In this document: piece after piece, positions 18,549 to 29,400 of the stretch
Layout: each line of letters begins with the position of its first letter
Position numbering within the stretch: the first letter of the stretch is position 1
From: a virus
Taxonomy: Duplodnaviria; Heunggongvirae; Uroviricota; Caudoviricetes
Direction: 5' to 3' (one strand)
Virus record (IMG/VR): IMGVR_UViG_3300031417_000379
DNA length: 64,000 bases
Translations under genes and position numbers: made by a program
Notes under the pieces: model-generated
Database searches by the model: none
What the model was told of the DNA's origin: nothing
The model's input: the letters and a program-made list of their open reading frames with translations, nothing else

Positions 18549-19000
18549 TTGATGCCTCGTCTTGCAATGTCGATGATGAATGTGAGAGCTGAAAGCACTA
18601 AGAAGAGCGTCATAATGGCGCCGGCGATCACCCAGCGCAAACCATAGAACTTATAGAAGTCCGAGTACCAACTGAGGCCCGAAGAGGCCATGAGCTCCTT
18701 ATACTCTTTTGAGCCGGCGAGCTGTTGGGTAAGGCCATTGAAATAGTCAACGCTGCCGATCTGATCCGCGGTGGACTGCATAAAGATGATAAAGAGCGTA
18801 GTGACCACGGCTCCGATTACGAGAAGACCGATGGCTAGCGGCCGAAGACTTCTTTTCTCATCCTTCGGCCGCTTAGCCTTCTTAAAACGCTCCCAGGAGA
18901 GAAGAGGGACAGCCGCCGGTTTGGCGGTAGCCATAGCCGTGCGATTATCCGCTCTCACTCGAGCAATAAGCTCGGCTTCCTCTTCTGAAAGATCTTTCAC
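18545..19000 (-). CDS. membrane protein (2-3 TM)
   Basis: 151 aa with hydrophobic helices. Confidence 0.7.
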   Translation of the reverse strand: MKDLSEEEAELIARVRADNRTAMATAKPAAVPLLSWERFKKAKRPKDEKRSLRPLAIGLLVIGAVVTTLFIIFMQSTADQIGSVDYFNGLTQQLAGSKEYKELMASSGLSWYSDFYKFYGLRWVIAGAIMTLFLVLSALTFIIDIARRGIK

Positions 19001-19002
19001 TA

Positions 19003-20265
19003 TTACCCGCTAATGTTCTTTGCAAGCGCCGCAACGAACGGAGCTGAAAGGGTTCGGATGTTGCCAAGATCAAGCTCGGCAGTATCAATCTGACTGATGA
19101 GGAAGTAAGAGCTTGCAAAGTCTTGAGTCTCAAGAGCAGCCTGAATTACAGCAATAGAGATACGGTTCGCGAGCTCCACATCAGTGTCACCGGCTCCAGC
19201 TGTTAGGTCACCAGAGAGGTTAGACTCCACTGATTTCTCATCAGCATTTTCGTCCCATGAAAGAGTCGTAGCTGTCTGTGAACGAACCCAAGCTCGGTGC
19301 TTTTCCTCAAGCTCTAAGAAGTCGTAAAGCTGGAGGCCAAGGGTCTCAGCAATCTTCTCGTTCGGTATCGTCTTCCCGCCGGCTTCTTCAGCAAGAGCTT
19401 TGAGGGCACGTGAACGCTCACGCTGGAACGCACTAAGTTCCTTGCCGAGGTACATGGCCGGAAGGTCATATGGCCAGCGACGAAGAACCGAGTTCAGGTA
19501 GCCACTAAACGGAACTGATGACGACTCGTCGAACTTTTCAATGGCGGTGAGCACCCAAATCACGATCTGTGATTCCTGATCTTCGGGATCCGGGATGAAG
19601 ATTCGGATGGTGTCCATCATCGGCTTGACAAGAGTGTGACCGAACTGACGATAGAACAGTACTAGCCTATTGGCGAAGGCTGGGGTGAAGTCTACGAGCT
19701 CACGCCGCGAGGCTTCAGAGCGAGTGTAGGTCTTGATGATCTGACCGAGTTCTTTCGCAACCTCGTTAATACCGGCGTTGATGTGACTCGGCTCAAGACC
19801 GTAAGCTTTGTACTTGCCAGGAGAAACTTCCCGAACGCGAGCGACGCCTCGAAGCCCTTCCTGTACAGCTGAAGCGGTCTTAGTATCAGCTGTGAATGAA
19901 ACGATGCTTACCGTGCGGAGTGGGGCTGCTAAGAAGCCGTCGTTCTCGGTCTGGTTATCCCAGATTCGCGGTGGGAACAGGAAGTCAATGAGCTGGTCAT
20001 TCTCGAGTGAGTAACCGTGCTCGTGATACCACTTACGAATAGCAGGAAGCAAGAAGCGGTAAGACTTTGCTCCTGTCGCGGACTGCTCAAGATCACCGCT
20101 GGCTGTGTAACGAGCGATCCATTCCTGAAGCTCATCCTCTTCGCAGCGTGCCAGCTTTCTCCACTTCGGAAGAGAGTACCACATACCGTCGGAAACGATG
20201 GCGCCGATGCGGAAGTCAGTCGGCTGTGAGTAGAAGGTCTTCCGCGTGTATAGAGCTTTTGACAT
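19003..20265 (-). CDS. hypothetical protein (possible HTH near C-terminus)
   Basis: 420-aa ORF immediately downstream of a small ORF and the sigma factor gene. Confidence 0.75.
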   Translation of the reverse strand: MSKALYTRKTFYSQPTDFRIGAIVSDGMWYSLPKWRKLARCEEDELQEWIARYTASGDLEQSATGAKSYRFLLPAIRKWYHEHGYSLENDQLIDFLFPPRIWDNQTENDGFLAAPLRTVSIVSFTADTKTASAVQEGLRGVARVREVSPGKYKAYGLEPSHINAGINEVAKELGQIIKTYTRSEASRRELVDFTPAFANRLVLFYRQFGHTLVKPMMDTIRIFIPDPEDQESQIVIWVLTAIEKFDESSSVPFSGYLNSVLRRWPYDLPAMYLGKELSAFQRERSRALKALAEEAGGKTIPNEKIAETLGLQLYDFLELEEKHRAWVRSQTATTLSWDENADEKSVESNLSGDLTAGAGDTDVELANRISIAVIQAALETQDFASSYFLISQIDTAELDLGNIRTLSAPFVAALAKNISG

Positions 20266-20273
20266 CGGGATCC

Positions 20274-20570
20274 TTAGTGGCTGACCTGGGTGAAGTGTGG
20301 GGAGTGCGATGCAGTGATGGTGAAAAGCTGCCAGATCTTCTGGAAGAACTCGCGCTCGTCGGCCAGCGAGTCCATCACCGGTCGCTGAAGCTTCACTACG
20401 ATTTCACGAGAATCCATAGTGGTAAGCTCATGCGCCTTGCCAGACTTGTCACCGAACACATCACCGATTGCGCTGAGAATGCGAGCTGATTCTCCTGAAG
20501 CCTTTACGTCCTCGTTAATGTGAAACGCAACGAAAACGGCTAGGCTTGGGTTCTGAGTGCTTTGCTTCAT
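20274..20570 (-). CDS. hypothetical small protein
   Basis: 98-aa ORF between the sigma gene and the 420-aa ORF. Confidence 0.5.
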   Translation of the reverse strand: MKQSTQNPSLAVFVAFHINEDVKASGESARILSAIGDVFGDKSGKAHELTTMDSREIVVKLQRPVMDSLADEREFFQKIWQLFTITASHSPHFTQVSH

Positions 20571-20626
20571 GCACTTATACTACCAAGCCTAGCCGTTAAG
20601 GTACGCCGTCTCGCGGTTAAGGCCTA

Positions 20627-21547
20627 TCAGTCGAGGAAGTCAGCGAACGTGATGTCTAGACCTTCCAACTCGTGCTTGAGCTTCTCTAGGCCGGTGTTCA
20701 GATGACGCTTGAACTTCTGCGGCGTGAGATTGTGCTTCTCGCGAATCTCCTTCACCGAGAGTCGCTTTGTAGCGGTGTCCTCGATGAGGAACGAGGCGAC
20801 CACAGCTTCCTTCTCGATCTCGGTTAGAGTAGCGAGCTTCTCGAAGAGGAGGTTGCGAAGGCTCTCGCGCATAGCAAGCGCCTCAGAAGAATCCTCAACC
20901 TCGGTGTCAGCGATGTAGTCAATGAGCTCCTTTGCGCCGGAGTCGTCAGAACCAACGCGACGGGAAAGGGAGGTGGGAGTGGATGCGGCCTGGAGAATGT
21001 TGGAGAAATCAGAAGGAGAGAGCTTGAGCTCATCCATCGCGATCTCATCGATCTCCTTCGGAGTTAAGTCAGTGTCCTCGTAGAGACTACGGATCTTCAT
21101 GATTCCGAAGAAGTCCTGCTCACGATTCTCAGGCAGGCGAATTAGGCGGCCGGTCTTGCTCACGGAGCGAGCGATTGCCTGGTCAATCCAGTAGAACGCG
21201 ACGGTGGAGAACTTGTTTCCGCGTGACGGATCGTACTTGTCAGCAGCGCGAAGAAGGCCAAGGTAACCCTCCTGAACGAGATCGTCCAGGTCTCCAGACG
21301 CGGGGTGCTTGGCCTTAAACTTGCGAGCGCGCGACCAGACCAGAGCAGTGTTATGTTCGAGCAGTTCTTCGACAGCCTTCTTTCCCGAACGGATAACCGA
21401 GGGGATGTCTTTAGCCGCAACGGCCACCCCGTCGATTTCGAAGCTTTCAGCGTTTGCAGAAGCCTCACGCGCTTCCTTTACCTTAGAAGCCTTCTGAATG
21501 AGGGCGCCCAGTTCAAGTTCGCGTTCCTTCGAAAGATATACGGCCAT
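20627..21547 (-). CDS. RNA polymerase sigma factor, sigma-70 family
   Basis: Region 2 DLVQEGYLGLLRAADKYDPSRGNKFSTVAFYWIDQAI and a C-terminal region-4-like HTH (LSVKEIREKHNLTPQKFKRHLNTGLEKL). Confidence 0.85.
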   Translation of the reverse strand: MAVYLSKERELELGALIQKASKVKEAREASANAESFEIDGVAVAAKDIPSVIRSGKKAVEELLEHNTALVWSRARKFKAKHPASGDLDDLVQEGYLGLLRAADKYDPSRGNKFSTVAFYWIDQAIARSVSKTGRLIRLPENREQDFFGIMKIRSLYEDTDLTPKEIDEIAMDELKLSPSDFSNILQAASTPTSLSRRVGSDDSGAKELIDYIADTEVEDSSEALAMRESLRNLLFEKLATLTEIEKEAVVASFLIEDTATKRLSVKEIREKHNLTPQKFKRHLNTGLEKLKHELEGLDITFADFLD

Positions 21548-21657
21548 ATGCTTACTCCCTTTTCCGTACTTACATGCGTTCGTGATTTGCTCACGGTGTC
21601 ATTTGGCAAAGCTAATATCGCTACTAGACAGTTCGTTCTAACAGCGTCACAGGTTAT

Positions 21658-21682
21658 CCTCAGGCTCTTAGAGCCGCTGAGG
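21658..21682. promoter_or_regulatory. nested palindrome cctcaGGCTCTtAGAGCCgctgagg in the 318-bp region upstream of the sigma factor gene
   Basis: Perfect palindrome ggctcttagagcc flanked by cctcag/ctgagg; could act as a terminator for upstream genes or an operator. Confidence 0.35.
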
Positions 21683-21865
21683 CGTAGATGACTCGATGAT
21701 GCTAACGCATAGATCTCCCGGTCTATTCCCAGACTATAGCACCTCACCAGACATGCTGGTAGTAAGGTAAGGGAGCGAAGAGCTTCTGTCCGGCGGACCA
21801 CTCATCGTTTCCTCGAGATTCACTTTACTTCATAAAGCGCGCTATGTCAACAAGACTAATAACGG

Positions 21866-22360
21866 CTACTTATCGTAGACGCGACCTTTAATCACACTTC
21901 CATCCGGAAGTCGAAGTGAAAGAGAATTATCGTCGTCATTTTTGTTTACGTCTATATGATCGAAGTCTTTTAATGTCTTATAGACATCAAAAGCGGCGTC
22001 TTCGTAATCATCAATCCCGTCAAGTAGGAGATTCTCTCCACCTGAACCGGAGCTAATCTCTTCGTCAAGCTCAGAATCGTAGGTAGGAAGACCCTGGGTG
22101 GTGCGCGTACCTTGCTCGCCGGCTTCGCGGAAGACGCGGTCGCCGTCAGCATCGATCGGGCGGAATGTTGGTAGCTCCTGTCGATCGAGTACCCCAGAAG
22201 CCGTAAGCTCATCCTTGAGAAGCTCGACCATAGCACGGTCATCCCGCGACATCTGCTTCACACCGGTGAGGTTCATGGCCTGAAGTTTCTCAGGATCAAC
22301 CTTCGGAAGTTCGAGTTCACGACCGACCTTCTCAACCTTGACGCGCTTCCACCACGGCAT
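21866..22360 (-). CDS. hypothetical acidic protein
   Basis: 164-aa ORF. Confidence 0.65.
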   Translation of the reverse strand: MPWWKRVKVEKVGRELELPKVDPEKLQAMNLTGVKQMSRDDRAMVELLKDELTASGVLDRQELPTFRPIDADGDRVFREAGEQGTRTTQGLPTYDSELDEEISSGSGGENLLLDGIDDYEDAAFDVYKTLKDFDHIDVNKNDDDNSLSLRLPDGSVIKGRVYDK

Positions 22361-22362
22361 TC

Positions 22363-22698
22363 CTAATCTCCTAGCTCGCTATTCACCAGGTTGACGACGA
22401 GCTCACAAACAAGATCGAGCTGGTTCGTCTTGGCCAGGAAAATCATGAGCTGAGCAAGAACAAGCTCATCGAGCTCGTCAGTCGGCTTTTGGTAGTCCTG
22501 GAGATACACAAAGGCAATTGAAAAGCCTGTGTCAGTAACCTCTACGGTCTTGCGGTAAAAGCTTGACTCGACCACGCTTGCAAAACCTGGCACCTCGCGA
22601 ATCAGGTGCTGCTGCATAGCAGCTAGCATGGCTCCACCCTGAGCCTGCGACTTGCCCGTAACGTGGAATCGCTTCTTCTGCATCGTAACTGCTTTCAC
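22363..22698 (-). CDS. hypothetical protein
   Basis: 111-aa ORF. Confidence 0.65.
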   Translation of the reverse strand: MKAVTMQKKRFHVTGKSQAQGGAMLAAMQQHLIREVPGFASVVESSFYRKTVEVTDTGFSIAFVYLQDYQKPTDELDELVLAQLMIFLAKTNQLDLVCELVVNLVNSELGD

Positions 22699-22934
22699 CC
22701 TATGAAGATCCTAATTGCGGTGACGGTTACAGCCACCACTGCTGCAACGATGATAAGCCCCACCGCTACGTTCACAAGCAGCTTGGTGCGCTTGTATGTG
22801 TCAAGAGATACGGAACTACTGCCCTTGCGCTGCTTCGCCGACTTCGGCTGAGCGCGGACAATTTTTTCTGCCTGGCGCTCTTCCGGATCATCGAGGCGCT
22901 TAGCGTGCTGGTTGAGTTCTTCGAAAACTGCCAT
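22695..22934 (-). CDS. small membrane protein (C-terminal TM)
   Basis: 79 aa with a C-terminal hydrophobic helix. Confidence 0.55.
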   Translation of the reverse strand: MAVFEELNQHAKRLDDPEERQAEKIVRAQPKSAKQRKGSSSVSLDTYKRTKLLVNVAVGLIIVAAVVAVTVTAIRIFIG

Positions 22935-22939
22935 GAGCT

Positions 22940-23557
22940 TTACTTCCTATCGGTTAGTGGGACACCGAGTAGGTTAGCACTCGGGATCACGTATGCGTTT
23001 CCAGGGGCGCAGGCGCCACGGACACACTCTACAAGATATTCACTATCAAGCTTCTTATCGCCGGGATCCTTCATCAATACACTCGGGACGATCTTTCCAT
23101 CCACGGTGATAATCCCGGGATTAGTCCAGCCGAAAGTTCCCCAAGGACCTTTCAGCACCTTTACCACCGAAACGTCGTCCTGAGGGAGGGTAGCCTGAGC
23201 CAGATAGTCCTGGATCTCCTGCCCCTGAGGCCTCGTCATGCTCACCGCTACTACAGCGTCCTGAGGTACGAGTCCACCCTGGTAGGTGATGTTCTTGACC
23301 GGGAGCAAGCCGGCTGATGTAGTTGGGATTACACGGATAATTGTAGCCGCGAGACCAAGATAAACCACAAGAAGCACCAGCACCGCGAGGCCGAAGCCTT
23401 TTAGAATGCGAGTGCTTAGCATGTTTGCGTAGGTACTTCGGGCGATACGCACCGAAGGAGCCTTCTTAGGAGTTTTCGGCTCGTTACTTAGCCCTTGAGC
23501 GCCGGCGAGAAGAGAAGAACCGAATCGGTTCTTCAGGTTCTCATTGTCGTTAGCCAT
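22940..23557 (-). CDS. membrane-anchored protein
   Basis: 205 aa with an internal TM helix (LAVLVLLVVYLGLAATII). Confidence 0.7.
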   Translation of the reverse strand: MANDNENLKNRFGSSLLAGAQGLSNEPKTPKKAPSVRIARSTYANMLSTRILKGFGLAVLVLLVVYLGLAATIIRVIPTTSAGLLPVKNITYQGGLVPQDAVVAVSMTRPQGQEIQDYLAQATLPQDDVSVVKVLKGPWGTFGWTNPGIITVDGKIVPSVLMKDPGDKKLDSEYLVECVRGACAPGNAYVIPSANLLGVPLTDRK

Positions 23558-23597
23558 CGCGCGAGCTCCCTTCTAAGCTTCACTGTCGAAGGTTATA

Positions 23598-24167
23598 TCA
23601 GCGCGCCACTAGCCCAACGATCACCACGATCGATAGCAGGACGATGCTGGCCACCCCGATTGGACGAGCACCAACAGCGTCGATTATAGCCTGCTTAGCT
23701 GAAGCAACTGTGAAATGCTTTTTAGGCTTCTTCTCAAGGCCGTAGTAACCGTAGTGCACACGGTTGAGAATCTCACTCATACTGCGCGAGAAGTCTTTCG
23801 TGAGGATGAACTCAGCTTTAGATTCGTTGGAGCCCTCGATGGTAAGCACCGGCGGATTTGCGTTAAGCTCTCGTTTACTATACTGTTTGCCTTCAGCGTC
23901 GAAGAGGTTCTCGATCTTCCATGAAACTACACCATCGTCTTGCTTGAAGATGGCGTAGGCTTCTTCGTCTTCTAGTACAGCATCCTTACTTCGGATAAGC
24001 TGCTCGTCATCATCGTATGGAATATCCTCGTAACGCTGAATCGGTTCTCGAGTTGCCGACTCAAGATCTTCTTCAAGCGACTCGTCAAGCTCCTTGTGAG
24101 CTTCGAGTTCCGCATCGGGCTCCGGCGGAGTGTTCGTCGAGTCAAGATTAGCCATTAGAGTTCCCAT
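23598..24167 (-). CDS. acidic protein with C-terminal TM anchor
   Basis: 189 aa; D/E-rich N-terminus, C-terminal hydrophobic helix. Confidence 0.7.
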   Translation of the reverse strand: MGTLMANLDSTNTPPEPDAELEAHKELDESLEEDLESATREPIQRYEDIPYDDDEQLIRSKDAVLEDEEAYAIFKQDDGVVSWKIENLFDAEGKQYSKRELNANPPVLTIEGSNESKAEFILTKDFSRSMSEILNRVHYGYYGLEKKPKKHFTVASAKQAIIDAVGARPIGVASIVLLSIVVIVGLVAR

Positions 24168-25005
24168 CTTCGAGCCCGCCTTGATTTTCTACAGCTTCCT
24201 TATAGTGCTGTAGATTATCGGTCGGCTTCGAGAGTTTGCCGTCGTCGCCGACGGTCTGTACAGTGTAGGTTGTTGGATCAGCGTTAGTGCTCTGGAACTG
24301 TCCGTTAGAGAACGTAAAAGTCTTATCAGTGGCCCAAACGTGAGTGCCCTGATTGAAGTCACGGAGAACCCAACCATCACCCTTCTTAGCTACTGTCACT
24401 GACAAGTCACTCTTAAACGTAAGAGTCTCGTAACGCAGTCCACCCTTGATCAGCTTACCGTCGTTATCGCGGTAGTTGTAATCCTGTCCGATGAACGAAA
24501 GAGTAGTGGTTACGGGAGTGACGAGTTCGATCGTGGGATAACCGTTGAGCTTAGCAACCATGTCAGGATACTGGTACGGCCCGGTGAACTTGGATGTTAC
24601 GCTAAACGGAGTGTCGTAGATCATAGTGTTAGCAGCACGACCGTACTGAGTCGACTTGCTAAGCTCGTTCAGATTTCCGTTGATGGCAGCCGGATCCGTA
24701 TGCGTCAGGTTCTCGTAGATTACTGATGAGTCAACAGCATCTTTGGCCAGATTTAGGTTCGTCTGGTTAGTGAGAATTTCAGGCTTCCAGCCGTAGTTGC
24801 CGGCGGATTCTAGGTACGAATTAGCGATGAGCTCAATGTCTTGCTTGTCGTCCGAAGTGAGCTTGTAGTTCGTACGAGCGATCGGAGGCGCATCCTGCGG
24901 CTTTGGCTCATCCGGCTTGGACGTTACCACCGCGAAGACCACCACCACAACGGTGACGACGAGCAACGCGATGATGCCCACGATGTACTTAGTACGAGTC
25001 TTCAT
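24148..25005 (-). CDS. N-terminally anchored secreted protein
   Basis: 285 aa; N-terminal TM/signal anchor then a T/S/N-rich domain. Confidence 0.7.
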   Translation of the reverse strand: MKTRTKYIVGIIALLVVTVVVVVFAVVTSKPDEPKPQDAPPIARTNYKLTSDDKQDIELIANSYLESAGNYGWKPEILTNQTNLNLAKDAVDSSVIYENLTHTDPAAINGNLNELSKSTQYGRAANTMIYDTPFSVTSKFTGPYQYPDMVAKLNGYPTIELVTPVTTTLSFIGQDYNYRDNDGKLIKGGLRYETLTFKSDLSVTVAKKGDGWVLRDFNQGTHVWATDKTFTFSNGQFQSTNADPTTYTVQTVGDDGKLSKPTDNLQHYKEAVENQGGLEDGNSNG

Positions 25006-25054
25006 ACGATCCCTGTCTATTGCTTCGGACTATTCTACCGAGTTACGTGAACTC

Positions 25055-26428
25055 TTAGTACCAGTTATGAGACTCAGAGTGTGCCCAGGCTCCGCAGGGA
25101 TTTGTATACCTGCCTTGGATATACTTCAAGCCCCACTTGATTTGTGTTTCGGGGTTAGTTTTCCAGTCAGCGCCTTCGGAAGCCATCTTCTCGCCGGGGA
25201 GAGCTTGCGGGATACCGTAGGCCGGTCCAGCAGGGTTGAACGCATCCACTCGCCAGTTTGACTCGCGATTCCAGAGCTTCACAAGACAGGTAAAGTCTGC
25301 TTCGCTCCAGCCGTTAGACTTAACGATCTTGTGAGCAATTTCCTGTGGATTTCCGGACGGAGCGGTCGATGGGCCGCTATTGCCACCACTCGAGCTGTCT
25401 CCTTGAGCCCACTCCGGCGGTGGTGGAAGCATCGGGTCATCGTCTAGGAACGTGCCTTGGTAGCCCTCTGCCGGTGGGAGGAACCAGCCACGGATTCCGG
25501 ATCGGCTACGGTCATCGAGGATACGGTAGCCAGGACCGGTAGCAGGGCCACCGGCGTGGATGTTCCAGGTGTTGTCGATCACCTTTCCGTCGTCTGTAAG
25601 CACAACGTAAGTGTGACCAGCAGGGCCGGTTCCGGTAGACTGTACGATGGCACCGGCAGGAGGTTCAGTCTGTTTAGCTCCTGGAGAAGCGGTGTTTGGG
25701 AACCACCATGACTGCGCTTGCATACCAGCAGCAAGAAGACGCTGGTAGTTCTGGTAAGCATTAACGATGCCGTTGTTACCGATGTAGTGCTCAGGCATAC
25801 CGTAGATGATGTTCACGATGTCTGGGCAAGCAGCACGCCACGGGTTACCGTTAGTTCGTCCGGGGTTACCGCCGTGAGCAGATACGAAGGAGTCAGAGAT
25901 CGGATACTTGTAGGCGTTCTGGCTGAGAAGTACGGCTCTCTGGGCAAGTTTTGCAAAGTTACCGTTAGCGACACCGGCGCCAGTTTCCTGGCCATCTACA
26001 GCGATAGATCCTACAGTCTGGTAGGTGGTCGTGGTAGCGTTGGCTACGATGAAGATAACGAACACTACGGCGATGGCGATCCATGTGATCGGATTCCCGA
26101 GCGCTGCAACAGCACCCTTAGTTGCCCAAGCAGCACGGGAGAGGTTCGCTCGAGTCTTAGCTACAGTTTGCTCTACCTGAGCAGCAAACTTGCCAGCCTC
26201 TTCTGGAGATGTAGGGATACCTCCGAAATCGTTTTCCTTGTTCTGGACTGCCTGGTCGTTGTCAGCTCGATCTTCATTCGTGACGTTAGAACCATTTTCT
26301 AGTTCTTCAGGATCCTGAGGCTCCGCGTAGTACTGTTCGTTCTCGCGGTCCATTTCGAGGTTACATTCTCTGCAGAACTCGCTACCGTTTTCCCGGTCAC
26401 GCTCACCGCAATTGTTGCACTTTTCCAT
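25055..26428 (-). CDS. membrane-anchored cell-wall hydrolase: zinc-ribbon + TM + CHAP-like + C-terminal lytic-transglycosylase-like domain
   Basis: N-terminal CNNCG..CREC zinc ribbon; TM helix; central CHAP-like segment (..GHTYVVLTDDGKVIDNTWN); C-terminal GWSEADFTCLVKLWNRESNWRVDAFNPAGPAYGIPQALP..QIKWGLKYIQGRY transglycosylase-like motif. Confidence 0.75.
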   Translation of the reverse strand: MEKCNNCGERDRENGSEFCRECNLEMDRENEQYYAEPQDPEELENGSNVTNEDRADNDQAVQNKENDFGGIPTSPEEAGKFAAQVEQTVAKTRANLSRAAWATKGAVAALGNPITWIAIAVVFVIFIVANATTTTYQTVGSIAVDGQETGAGVANGNFAKLAQRAVLLSQNAYKYPISDSFVSAHGGNPGRTNGNPWRAACPDIVNIIYGMPEHYIGNNGIVNAYQNYQRLLAAGMQAQSWWFPNTASPGAKQTEPPAGAIVQSTGTGPAGHTYVVLTDDGKVIDNTWNIHAGGPATGPGYRILDDRSRSGIRGWFLPPAEGYQGTFLDDDPMLPPPPEWAQGDSSSGGNSGPSTAPSGNPQEIAHKIVKSNGWSEADFTCLVKLWNRESNWRVDAFNPAGPAYGIPQALPGEKMASEGADWKTNPETQIKWGLKYIQGRYTNPCGAWAHSESHNWY

Positions 26429-26434
26429 CTAGTA

Positions 26435-29400
26435 TCACTCCCCGTTAGATGGGTTATCAGCCTGCGGTCCCGGCAGGCCTCCGCCTGGACGGGTAGGAAT
26501 ACCCCCGCCAGGTCTCGGGGCCGGCGGTGTTGACGGCGGTGTGTCATTGAAAGTCGGAGTTGTCGGAGCAGCCGGCGCCTCAGGCGCAAGCCTTACTAGA
26601 TTCCTGATCTGTTCTTCGATCTTTCGCGCAATAGCGTTAGTACCAGCACCGCTGTTTCGAGCGTTCTTAGCTGTCGACTTAATTAGCTCCTGGTACTTTG
26701 CGATCTCCTTAGCCTGTTCAGTAGTCTGCGGAGCCGCCTTTGCGAGTTCGTTAGCCATATCGACTAGCTTATCGAGACTCTGGTTAATAGCAAAGTCCTC
26801 AGACGTCTTCGGCTTCTTTACCATCGGAGCATCGTCTGCTGTCAAGACGCTTTGGCTGCGAGCGATTCCGGCTTGAACACGCTCGTTATCCTTGATAGCC
26901 TTCTCGTGGTCTTTAGCAGCAGATTGAGCGTCACGAGTTGCATCCTTGACATCACGACGAGCCTCGCGCGACTCACGACGAGCCTCGTCAGCCTCCACTC
27001 GCATCTTGTCAAGCGCCTCCTGAGCTCGAGTCTCGGCTTCCTTAGCTGCCGCATCGCGGGCTATGGCGCCGAGGCTCGAAGAGAGCTTAGTCTCTAGACG
27101 CTGTCGAGCGTTCTCATACATTTCCGGAGTGATTTCCTTGCCTGGCTCAGGAGCGTTCATGCGCTTTTCAAGCTGCTCGAGCTGGCCTCTGGTTTCACGA
27201 ACCACATCGTCCTGACCTCGAGCGTATTCAGCTCTCATTGCCGAGTCGCTCTGTGCAAGTCGAAGCTGTTCTACTGCGGCTCTAACAGCTCGATCAGTGA
27301 GCTCGATGTTGTTATTAGCCTCACCTCTAGCCGTCTTAGCACTGTCCTGAGCCTGTGTAGCAGCTGCGTTACGGGCTTCGGCAGCCTGACGAGTAGCGTT
27401 TGTCTCCGGGAGACGCTCATCGAGAGTCATGCCGGTACGCGATACCGAAGCTGTTTCACGCATTGCGGCAGCGGCACGCTCACGCAGCGTCGGAGCCGAA
27501 GCTTCTGTAGCTTCAAGTCCGTCTGCCTGCTTGAACGCGGTGGAGACGCCCTTACCGATTTCCTGCGCCTCATCCATAGCCTTACGGTTGTCTCTACCCG
27601 TCGGAAGCTTTCCAGGGCCGAGGTCCTGCATCTGCTGGAACATCTTGTCAGCGGTCGCGCGGTTACCGGCAGCCGCAGCCTCAGCAGTACGAGCACGGGT
27701 TCGTGCAGCCTCAGCCTCAGAATCGAGCGAGGACGCCTTCTCCTGTACAACCTGAGTGTTAATTCGCATCTCACCTGCAGCCTCGGTAGCGCGAGTAACA
27801 CCGTTCTCAGCCATAGTGATTCGGATGTCTGCGTTATCCAGATCACGACCGGCGTTCATAGCCTGCTTGTTCGCGTCGAGAACAGCGTTCTCGTTGAACT
27901 TCTGGATAGTGCCGTCATCGTTTACGAACTGCGGGTCGAGACGCTTCTCATTGTTAAGCTTAGCGTTGTAAGCGCTCTCTTCACGCTTCCAGTCCTTGAG
28001 CTTTTCAGGAGTGTTCGTGGCGCCGTTGTAGATCTGACCAGCCTGAACCTTAGCATCGTCACGCTGTTTCTCAAGGCGAACGAGGTTAACCGTATCTCCT
28101 CGAGCTCCAGCAAGCTTCGCCTGAAGACCAAGAGCCTGTACATCGGCCATAAGCTTCTTGAAATCGCTCATGTCCTTACCGAAGGTTCCGTCGGCCAAGC
28201 CGCTTTCGGCTACGGCTTTCTCAAGCTCTGTATGAACAGCTGCTTTAGTGGATTCCGTGTCAAGCTTTAGATCAGCGTCAGCGGCTACATTCTCAAGGCG
28301 CTGTTTGTCTAGGTTAGCATCACGAAGTTCACTTTGAGCTTCTCCGATACCGTTAACCGCTTTATCTTGATCAGCGCGTGCAGTCGCTAGATCGTTATCA
28401 GAGAAAGCCTGAGCCGCCTTGGCGCTGTTGTCTGCATCACGATCAAGTGCAGTTGCTGTGCTTTCTGAGCGCTTTGCAGTGTCTCCAGCACGAGTAGCCT
28501 CGCGGTTAAAGTCAGTCATGTTGTCGCGCTTCTGTCGTTCAGTAGCCTGAGCAGTACGCCCGACGAGACCAGGAGCGGAGCGGAGTTCGTTCTGTGCAGC
28601 GATAGCAGCACCCTGACCCATCTTGCTAATTCCACCTGCAGCGAAACCACCAAGCGCACCGCCAACAATGGAGCTAGGCATCTTAGCAGCCTTGTCGCCC
28701 AGTTGTCGAGCACTTGCACCCATCATGGGGATCTTCTGGTCAAGCACGTTAGCCATACGCTCTCCACCGAGGTTCACACGACTGAAGGTCTCAACGATTT
28801 CCTTACGGTACATCCAGAGGACCATCGAGAGGATACCGACAAAGAGCAGAGCAGACATAGGATCAGCCGCACCGAGAACGGCGCTATAAAGAGCAAGCGA
28901 GACGAGCAAGAAGATGGCTGAAGCCAGGTACTTCAAGATCGAAGCTAGAATTGTCTCAAGCCAGCCGAGCATGATCTTCTTTCCCCGGGTCGGGTGCATA
29001 CCCACCAGGATGAAGAGCGGGGCGAAGATCATAAGAATCACTGCAGTGAGGTAGTACATGAGAGCAGTGATGGCTACAACCGAGATGAGGATTCCACCAA
29101 GGATGGTTGAGACAACAGCAACGATACCCTGAGCGAACTGCTGGCCACCGTTACTCCAGATCGGCCACATCTTGTCGCTAGAAGCGACTGTGGTGATCAG
29201 GTTGTACCAAGCTGGGTCAAACTGCGTTGGAGTGTTGCTCGTTGTCTGTCCCGCCGGAGTGACCTTCATTTGCATGAGCATGTTGTAGACAGCAAGGTTA
29301 CAAACCTTGGAGCCTCCGGACTTAGACTCAAGCCACTTACCATCGTAGCCGTTCGCGCTACCGGTGGTCTGTAGGGAGTAGCAGAACTTATTCGGGTCAA

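Noticed and set aside
25718-26302. Plus-strand 194-aa ORF
   Set aside because: Antisense to the CHAP/transglycosylase hydrolase CDS; no start context.
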